Part shown: positions 23,546 to 28,449 of the stretch, piece by piece
Layout of the letters: every line of letters starts with the position of its first letter
Position numbering within the stretch: position 1 is the stretch's first letter
Source: a virus
Reading direction: 5' to 3' (one strand)
IMG/VR virus record: IMGVR_UViG_3300017782_000149
Coordinates: 1 to 28,449 of that record
DNA length: 28,449 bases
Translations under genes and position numbers: made by a program
The notes under the pieces: generated by a model
The model's database searches: none
What the model was told of the DNA's origin: nothing
The model's input: only the letters and a program-made list of their open reading frames with translations

Positions 23546-23976
23546 AAATTTTACAAGCACAATCTGATCATCAGTATCAGACCCCACAAAACGAAACTAT
23601 GTACGTACAAGAAGTTTTGTTTGACGACAACGTGAGCGCCTTAGTAAGCGCTAAGAGCATAAACAAATGGCAGCCGGGACAGCAGGTCATGGTGAAGAAC
23701 GAATGGACGGACAAGAAAGGCAAGCTGCGAAGAAGCATTGCTGACGAACAAGCACAGCAGAAATACGAACAGAAACAAGCCGTACAAGGCGAAAGAGATG
23801 TTCGAGTAGGAAGGCAATGGGCAATTAATACTGCGATTAATTATTTACAGCTAGTGACTACTGCACAGGGGCAAATGAACTACAATGAAATTGCACACGT
23901 CGCACGGATGTTCGATAAGATGCGCGATGAATTCGATACGTTTAAACTTGCCGATGGCGAAGATTTACCGTTCTGA
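23542..23976 (+). CDS. SSB-like protein carrying a canonical SSB C-terminal acidic tip (…ADGEDLPF)
   Basis: 144 aa ending in DGEDLPF, which matches the D-D-(D/E)-(I/L)-P-F tip of bacterial and phage SSBs. The N-terminal part was not recognisably canonical OB-fold by eye. Confidence 0.45.
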   Translation: MKILQAQSDHQYQTPQNETMYVQEVLFDDNVSALVSAKSINKWQPGQQVMVKNEWTDKKGKLRRSIADEQAQQKYEQKQAVQGERDVRVGRQWAINTAINYLQLVTTAQGQMNYNEIAHVARMFDKMRDEFDTFKLADGEDLPF

Positions 23977-24065
23977 TGGATTGCATAAAAGAAGTAATTC
24001 CTAGAACACAGATTACACTTGAGGAATTCTTAAAGATTATTGAAACTAGGAACACAAATGGGTAA
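23976..24065 (+). CDS. 29-codon sORF (MDCIKEVIPRTQITLEEFLKIIETRNTNG)
   Basis: ATG overlaps the upstream TGA (TGATG). Its stop overlaps ATG 24058 of the next ORF, so it fills an otherwise non-coding 81-nt gap. Confidence 0.3.
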   Translation: MDCIKEVIPRTQITLEEFLKIIETRNTNG

Positions 24066-24249
24066 GCTTAAAGCAAAGCACGGCGGCATTGACATCAGTT
24101 ACATACCTGAGCCTTTGCCGGAAGATTTAAAATGGGCAGTCGGTCATGCATCTGCTCATGCATCCTCACGCGATGAGGTGAAAGAAATGGCAATAGATTT
24201 ATTAAACATTTTAAATGAATTACGTAATGACTTTGGCAACCTTCATTAA
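24058..24249 (+). CDS. Hypothetical early protein (63 aa)
   Basis: ATG at 24058. The track start at 24040 is TTG. Confidence 0.6.
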   Translation: MGKLKAKHGGIDISYIPEPLPEDLKWAVGHASAHASSRDEVKEMAIDLLNILNELRNDFGNLH

Positions 24250-24451
24250 GGTCAAATTTGGCACACAGGAGCGATTAAGTAAATCGTTACAACTACACGC
24301 CAAGACGGTAAATAAATGGTACAATAATGACCCTAAAAAGCTGTTTATGTTTGCTAGAGAAATAGCAAAATATTCAGATACATCAACTGAAGAAGTAGTG
24401 CAAATGATTGAAGATCGATGTGACGATGTTAGATATCTCAAATCAGAGTAG
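24215..24451 (+). CDS. Small helix-turn-helix DNA-binding protein (Cro/XRE-like)
   Basis: FGTQERLSKSLQLHAKTVNKWYNNDP fits an HTH pattern of helix, turn, then recognition helix. An alternative ATG is at 24227. Confidence 0.5.
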   Translation: MNYVMTLATFIKVKFGTQERLSKSLQLHAKTVNKWYNNDPKKLFMFAREIAKYSDTSTEEVVQMIEDRCDDVRYLKSE

Positions 24452-24602
24452 TGACAATTTAAAATTGCTGCGGAAGCAGATGATGTGGTTGTTTCAAAAA
24501 TCAGAAACACAAACCCGCAGAAATGAAATAAACAGATTATTGCGGAAAATTGGTCACGAATTAAACGAGAGGTTTAACACGAATAAATACCGTTGGGAAT
24601 GA
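24408..24602 (+). CDS. Hypothetical small basic protein; start uncertain (ATG 24408, 24426 or 24480)
   Basis: The ORF overlaps the HTH gene at its 5' end. Its stop overlaps ATG 24599 (ATGA). Confidence 0.4.
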   Translation: MKIDVTMLDISNQSSDNLKLLRKQMMWLFQKSETQTRRNEINRLLRKIGHELNERFNTNKYRWE

Positions 24603-25237
24603 GTAACAGGCTAGTAAAATTCATTGCTATACCGATTGAACTATATGAAGACAGAGAGTTGAATTGGACTCAAAAGCTTATGATAGTAGAAATTGATAGT
24701 TTTAGTAGAAATGGTAAATTCTGCTATGTAAGCAACAAGCATTTGTCACAGCATTTAATGGTTTCAGCAAGTGCCGTAGATAAAAATTTAAAGGCAATAA
24801 AAGATAAAGGATATATTGATTGTGAGCTGCGCGTAATTGAAGGCAAAAGTCGTAGAATTTTACGTGTCAAGCACGTATATAACTACGGGTTCAACACGGA
24901 AAAAACTACGCATAAGGCACGTAAAAAAGACGAACAACTAATAGAAGATACTAAAGAAAAGACTAAATCAATGACTAAGGCGAAGCCTGCAGATTATGAT
25001 GAGTGTTTAGATTATTTCATTGAACTAGGCATACCGGATCAAGCGCATCCTTTCATTGATTGGTACGATCAAACAGGATGGAAACTAAAAGGCGGAAATA
25101 AAATTAAGGATTGGAAAGCAACTGCTCGTACATGGAAACGTAGACAACAAAATCATCAAAATGCACAACAACAGCGCGGTTTCAAAAAAGAAAACTTTGA
25201 CCCTAACAAACTTGAGCGTTTCATTACTCAAGGATAA
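24599..25237 (+). CDS. Replication-initiator/organiser-like protein with an N-terminal winged-helix domain
   Basis: IAIPIELYEDRELNWTQKLMIVEIDSFSRNGKFCYVSNKHLSQHLMVSASAVDKNLKAIKDKGYI is typical of phage wHTH replication or DnaD-like proteins. The C-terminus is basic. ATG 24599 forms an ATGA overlap. Confidence 0.45.
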   Translation: MSNRLVKFIAIPIELYEDRELNWTQKLMIVEIDSFSRNGKFCYVSNKHLSQHLMVSASAVDKNLKAIKDKGYIDCELRVIEGKSRRILRVKHVYNYGFNTEKTTHKARKKDEQLIEDTKEKTKSMTKAKPADYDECLDYFIELGIPDQAHPFIDWYDQTGWKLKGGNKIKDWKATARTWKRRQQNHQNAQQQRGFKKENFDPNKLERFITQG

Positions 25238-25313
25238 TAGCGTTAGTGTTAGCCCTCAACAAGCCTTTGAGCAAGGAACAAACATAAAAACTGCATTGAC
25301 AATTGCTCCGGAT

Positions 25314-25766
25314 ATGGTGCGCGGTTGGATTGTGTCGGAGGTAGGGCGGCTAATAAAAGACATGAACATGAAGACGACAATTAGCAGTGACGAAGAACTT
25401 ATGTTTTGCTGCAGGTCAATAATTGAAGAACGTCCTGCTTTGACATTGGAAGAAATCAGGGTAGTGTTTGACATGGTTCGTAAAGGCAAGTTTGGTAAAT
25501 TGTACGAACGATTAAAAACAGCCGAGATTCTAGGGTTTTTTGAGAAGTACGCAGGAACTACACGCGCAGATATGTTAGAGGAACGCAACCGTAACAGGCA
25601 GCACGAACACGAATTAGAGTCAAGGGAAGCCTTGCAGCGTATAGATGCCGGGTCACTTGTAGAAAGCGTACGGGATCACACACCAACACCGGAGGGTTTA
25701 GGTACGCGACTTAGAAAACAATGGGATGCCAAAACTGAGCAAAGCAAAGGAGAAAAAGAAACTTGA
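25314..25766 (+). CDS. Hypothetical replication-module protein
   Basis: The track ORF starts at 25161 but overlaps the upstream gene by 77 nt. The first ATG after that gene's stop is 25314 (TTG at 25296 is also possible). Confidence 0.5.
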   Translation: MVRGWIVSEVGRLIKDMNMKTTISSDEELMFCCRSIIEERPALTLEEIRVVFDMVRKGKFGKLYERLKTAEILGFFEKYAGTTRADMLEERNRNRQHEHELESREALQRIDAGSLVESVRDHTPTPEGLGTRLRKQWDAKTEQSKGEKET

Positions 25767-26139
25767 TGCAGCACTGAGCCGATACGTACGTGCAAGTAAT
25801 GCAGACGATGCAGGTTACGTGTCGTGTTTTACGTGTGGTGTAAAAAAATTATGGAAGGAGCTTGATTGCGGTCATTTTATTACACGCGCCAAGTTAGCAA
25901 CGCGATTTCTTTACAAGCCGTTAGACGGTCTAACCAATGTTCAGCCGCAATGCAAGCGATGTAACGGATTTTTAGGCGGTCAACAATTTGTGTTTGCGCA
26001 AAAATTAAACGAAATTTATGGAGAAGGCACAGCAGAAAACATACTGTTTCTTAGCAATATGCACGTAGATTTTACTGCAGAAGAATATCAAGAGATGCGC
26101 ACGCATTACGATGACTTGTTTCGAAAACTTCATAAATGA
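25726..26139 (+). CDS. ninG: NinG/Rap-like recombination endonuclease
   Basis: LSRYVRASNADDAGYVSCFTCGVKK...LDCGHFITRA...RF...NVQPQCKRCNGFLGGQ parallels the lambda NinG pattern FIRERD..CISCG..DAGHY..LRF..N..QC..CN..SGN. Confidence 0.7.
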   Translation: MPKLSKAKEKKKLDAALSRYVRASNADDAGYVSCFTCGVKKLWKELDCGHFITRAKLATRFLYKPLDGLTNVQPQCKRCNGFLGGQQFVFAQKLNEIYGEGTAENILFLSNMHVDFTAEEYQEMRTHYDDLFRKLHK

Positions 26140-26626
26140 GAATTACAACGTACTCTTAGAACAGAGTAATCGATACATCGGAAAAAAGTACGGTTCAGAT
26201 GTATTACATGATATGCTGTATACGTTTCTGCAAAAACAGGAAAAGTTAGAGGCGATGTGTGAGCGCGGTGAAATGATGCCTTATATCTGCAGAGCTATTT
26301 ACGTAGTTAGCTACAGTAACAAATCCTTTTACAATCGAGAGTACAAAAAACATGACAGGCTACGTGCAGAATACAATGAACGCTGCGATCCTCTAGAAGA
26401 AGTAATATTTAGTCAGCACGAAAAACAATTGAAAACGGTATTTGCTATATTGCAAGACATACAATGGTTTGATAGAGAGGTTTTTAAAGCTTACTACCTT
26501 CACAATCACACACTAGATACATTTACAAATGCAACAGGAATCCCAAGGGCAACGCTCTACAAAAGCATCCGCAAAGCAAAAAGGCAAATCAAAAAAAGAA
26601 TTGAAGAAGTCGAAAGGACTCGGTGA
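26111..26626 (+). CDS. ECF-type sigma-70 family factor (phage-encoded)
   Basis: Region-2-like DVLHDMLYTFL...PYICRAIYVVSYSNKSFYNREYKK and region-4-like LQDIQWFDREVFKAYYLHNHTLDTFTNATGIPRATLYKSIRKAKRQIKKRI (an HTH). Confidence 0.55.
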   Translation: MTCFENFINENYNVLLEQSNRYIGKKYGSDVLHDMLYTFLQKQEKLEAMCERGEMMPYICRAIYVVSYSNKSFYNREYKKHDRLRAEYNERCDPLEEVIFSQHEKQLKTVFAILQDIQWFDREVFKAYYLHNHTLDTFTNATGIPRATLYKSIRKAKRQIKKRIEEVERTR

Positions 26627-26969
26627 CGACATCGAAAAAATTACAAAGGCGACAGGTATTAAAAAGGTAGTTGATGCGATTGCAGAAGCTACAGGCACGG
26701 ATTGCGGGTGCGGAAAGCGGAAAGAATACCTAAACAACCGATTCCCAAATTATAGCGGAATGGACAAGCCTGATCAATTAATTTACGCTACGTATCTAAG
26801 GCCAAAATTAAAGCCGGGTGTAAATGTTGACCTATCGTTTCAAGAATTGTTCATTGACGTATATCAACGCACATTCGGAATACGTCTAAAGAAACAAAGA
26901 TGTGGTGACTGTTTTTTGAATGAAGGTGAAAAGTTGGAAAAAGCCTACATAGCTTCATGCGATTCTTAA
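26529..26969 (+). CDS. Hypothetical protein with a GLGDDIEKITKATGIKKVVD...CGCGKRKEYLN motif; start uncertain (ATG 26529 or TTG 26601)
   Basis: The ORF overlaps the sigma gene by 98 nt from ATG 26529 or by 26 nt from TTG 26601. Confidence 0.5.
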   Translation: MQQESQGQRSTKASAKQKGKSKKELKKSKGLGDDIEKITKATGIKKVVDAIAEATGTDCGCGKRKEYLNNRFPNYSGMDKPDQLIYATYLRPKLKPGVNVDLSFQELFIDVYQRTFGIRLKKQRCGDCFLNEGEKLEKAYIASCDS

Positions 26970-27322
26970 CCGCTGCAATGTTGGATGGCTACCAACGCAG
27001 AAAGGATAGAACTGTAAGCGTACGGTTTGTGACTCAAGAACAGGGTAGCGAAAAAATCATGGAGATAGATTCTATGCTTGACGGATACGGATTTCTCTAT
27101 TTTAGACCGGAAGAGCAACTGCGAGAAGATGAGATAGAGGAGTTAGATAACCTTGACATAGACATTTACGATAATCGCAAAACACAGAGCCAACGTTTAC
27201 GCGGCGTGTTGTACAAAGTATGGGAGCAAGGGACAAAAGACCTTGATTTTAAGACATACTACAAACAGGAAACAGAGAAGATAATTCAACACTATAAAAA
27301 CAAATTAACCGATGTGCTTTAA
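26957..27322 (+). CDS. Hypothetical protein (121 aa)
   Basis: The ORF overlaps the upstream gene by 13 nt. It is the last gene before the hairpin at 27337. Confidence 0.65.
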   Translation: MRFLTAAMLDGYQRRKDRTVSVRFVTQEQGSEKIMEIDSMLDGYGFLYFRPEEQLREDEIEELDNLDIDIYDNRKTQSQRLRGVLYKVWEQGTKDLDFKTYYKQETEKIIQHYKNKLTDVL

Positions 27323-27336
27323 TTAGCTGACGGTTT

Positions 27337-27395
27337 TCTCCCGTCTATTATGCCATGCATGCAAACGCAAAGCCAATGTTAGATGGGAGATTTTT
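27337..27395 (+). terminator. Long-loop hairpin plus T5: candidate terminator or structured RNA
   Basis: TCTCCCGTCTA (27337-27347) pairs with TAGATGGGAGA (27380-27390), giving 11 bp with one G-U pair. The loop is 32 nt and contains ATGCAT/GCATGC palindromes. The tail is TTTTT (27391-27395). Confidence 0.45.
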
Positions 27396-27403
27396 GTTTA
27401 GTT

Positions 27404-27430
27404 TATTGTAACTTACAATAAAATACAATG
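27404..27430 (+). promoter_or_regulatory. TATTGT box, TTGTAAcTTACAA palindrome and AAAATACAATG leader upstream of 27428
   Basis: TATTGT lies at 27404-27409, the 6-1-6 palindrome at 27406-27418 and AAAATACAATG at 27420-27430. The box and leader recur at 27846-27875. Confidence 0.3.
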
Positions 27431-27730
27431 GCATACCGACAAGGACTAGACAAAAACCTATGGTTTGATGGCACAGGCATGGAGTCTTACATGGACAATG
27501 AGTACGAACTTCAATCTATGTTAGAGCAAGCTGAAAAGATCAACAACAACAAACTGCAAGGTGAATTTCAAAAATTACTAGCTAAGACTAATAGACTAGC
27601 AGACAATGCACAAAGGCAGTTTGACAATACTGACATGGAAGCACAGTCATTTCGCATAAACCTTTACAACATAGCTGAAGATTTTATGGAAGATTTAGAT
27701 GCAATATTGTACTACGCAGATACATTTTAA
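27428..27730 (+). CDS. Hypothetical helical protein (100 aa)
   Basis: ORF following the hairpin and promoter-like gap. Confidence 0.65.
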   Translation: MAYRQGLDKNLWFDGTGMESYMDNEYELQSMLEQAEKINNNKLQGEFQKLLAKTNRLADNAQRQFDNTDMEAQSFRINLYNIAEDFMEDLDAILYYADTF

Positions 27731-27845
27731 TTCACGGAATTCAGATAGTCAACGATAGAATTTTTATATCACGCACTAGGTTTATGTGGTGAGCATTGGC
27801 ATCCAAACGTACTAAATGTAACGTGCCTTGTTCTATCAATCGTGT

Positions 27846-27875
27846 TATTGTACAGAGCATACAAAAAATACAATG
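27846..27875 (+). promoter_or_regulatory. TATTGT box and AAAATACAATG leader upstream of the small-terminase-like gene
   Basis: TATTGT lies at 27846-27851 and AAAATACAATG at 27865-27875. Both are identical to the elements at 27404-27430. ACAGAGC between them resembles the core of the array junction motif. Confidence 0.3.
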
Positions 27876-28193
27876 CCATTTAAGAAAGGAGAAAGCGGAA
27901 ACCCTAAAGGGAAACCCAAAGGAGCTAAGGGTAAGGTGTCTAATGCAGCCCGTGAAATATTTGTGCAGGTGATGGAGGGCGAGATGGACAACATAAAGAA
28001 TTCGCTACAGATTCTGCGAGAGAATAGCGACGAGAAATATTTGAAGGCTTTAAGCAGTTTGATGCCCTACTTCATGGCAAAGCAGATAGAGCAGGAAATT
28101 ACAATGAACGAACCTACGGGTACGCCTACATGGTTTGATGAGGTATTGCAAAACGAAGAAGTGCAGGACGACAACCTGCTTACGGAAGAGTGA
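27873..28193 (+). CDS. terS: Terminase small subunit-like protein (DUF5681-type N-terminal motif)
   Basis: MPFKKGESGNPKGKPKGAKGK matches the F.kG.SGNP.G+PKG motif common in small-terminase-like proteins. It lies directly upstream of terL and overlaps it. ATG 27873 is preferred over the TTG at 27828 because of the shared leader. Confidence 0.55.
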   Translation: MPFKKGESGNPKGKPKGAKGKVSNAAREIFVQVMEGEMDNIKNSLQILRENSDEKYLKALSSLMPYFMAKQIEQEITMNEPTGTPTWFDEVLQNEEVQDDNLLTEE

Positions 28194-28449
28194 AGCAACC
28201 CAAGACGTATTACGATTTTAAGGCCTGTAGGAAGCGTGTACAGGTTCATCAAGGGGGTACACGTAGCGGGAAGACATATAGCATCTTACAGGGGCTGTGT
28301 GAGCTTTGTTGGAACAACGTAAACAGCGGCATGATTATCACCGTCGTACGTCGCACATACCCAAGTTTGCGCGGATCGGTACTGCGTGACTTTATTGAGA
28401 TACTGCAAAGCCAAGGACTGTACGAGGAGAAATACCACAACAAAACGGA
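28190..28449 (+). CDS. terL: Terminase large subunit, N-terminal part (gene continues across the junction into 1-1015)
   Basis: GTG at 28190 overlaps the TGA of the upstream gene (GTGA). The frame is open to the window end and in phase with ATG 28331 (= ATG 5). Translation VKQPKTYYDFKACRKRVQVHQGGTRSGKTYSIL carries a Walker A motif (GGTRSGKT). The whole gene is 1152 nt (383 aa) once the duplicate is removed. Confidence 0.85.
   Translation, partial: MKQPKTYYDFKACRKRVQVHQGGTRSGKTYSILQGLCELCWNNVNSGMIITVVRRTYPSLRGSVLRDFIEILQSQGLYEEKYHNKT
28327..28449. repeat. Terminal direct repeat, copy 2 (identical to 1-123)
   Basis: Same 123-nt string as the window start. It indicates circular closure overlap or terminal redundancy. 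Confidence 0.97.

Larger units (their letters stand above)
1..28326 (+). mobile_element. One unit length of a complete tailed dsDNA phage genome (siphovirus-like gene content)
   Basis: Terminase, portal, capsid, protease, tape-measure-like, tail fibre, endolysin and replication genes are all on one strand. The window ends repeat exactly (1-123 = 28327-28449), so the unique length is 28,326 bp. Confidence 0.85.

Noticed and set aside
27828-27872. The track start for the terS-like ORF adds the N-terminus MFYQSCYCTEHTKNT.
   Set aside because: That start is TTG. The ATG at 27873 carries the same AAAATACAATG leader as gene 27428, and the conserved GNPKG motif begins right after it.
236-28443. About 45 minus-strand ORFs of 60-167 aa appear in the six-frame track (for example 366-668, 6101-6541, 6611-7015, 8367-8702, 16722-17383, 22398-22679, 25256-25588).
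   Set aside because: Every one lies inside a well-supported + strand gene. None has its own intergenic space or recognisable motifs. They are typical antisense shadow ORFs.
1-28449. I searched by eye for tRNA genes, integrase/excisionase, a CI-like repressor, reverse transcriptase (DGR), methyltransferases and toxin-antitoxin pairs.
   Set aside because: No ORF showed the corresponding motifs. The intergenic gaps (at most 142 nt) show no cloverleaf-like structure. Absence cannot be proven without profile searches.

Overview
The window is one complete tailed dsDNA phage genome. It is assembled as a closed circle or a terminally redundant unit: nt 1-123 are identical to nt 28327-28449, so the unique length is 28,326 bp. 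All credible genes lie on the + strand and are tightly packed, with many ATGA/TAATG stop-start overlaps. Minus-strand ORFs look like shadows of these genes.

Gene order, read around the circle:
- small terminase-like gene, then large terminase (split by the contig junction)
- tail-assembly-chaperone-like gene with a T9 slippery run and an overlapping -1 ORF
- tail and baseplate genes, including 453-aa and 1021-aa proteins, then a tape-measure-like protein
- a 2.3-kb array of about 11 tiny, very acidic ORFs
- XkdF-like prohead protease, scaffold, major capsid protein, putative tail tube protein, then a terminator
- portal with a fused MuF-like C-terminal domain, connector, tail fibre, beta-propeller protein
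- lysis cassette (TM protein, metallophosphoesterase, Amidase_2 endolysin, holin-like sORF), then a terminator
- early/replication genes (SSB-tip protein, HTH, replication-initiator-like, NinG-like, ECF-like sigma factor), then a hairpin and a return to the terminase genes

I saw no integrase, tRNA, CRISPR array or reverse transcriptase. Gene starts lack Shine-Dalgarno sequences and have A-rich leaders, which suggests a Bacteroidota-type host (inference).

The most unusual feature is the acidic micro-ORF array at 9250-11564. Its members are joined by eight copies of a conserved stop-to-start junction, TAAACAACAGAGATATG. Other points worth a second look are homopolymer slip sites at two functionally meaningful positions (T9 in the chaperone gene, A10 at the portal/MuF domain boundary), a metallophosphoesterase inside the lysis cassette, and a scrambled structural-module order.

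All functional calls rest on motif recognition by eye. No database search was run.
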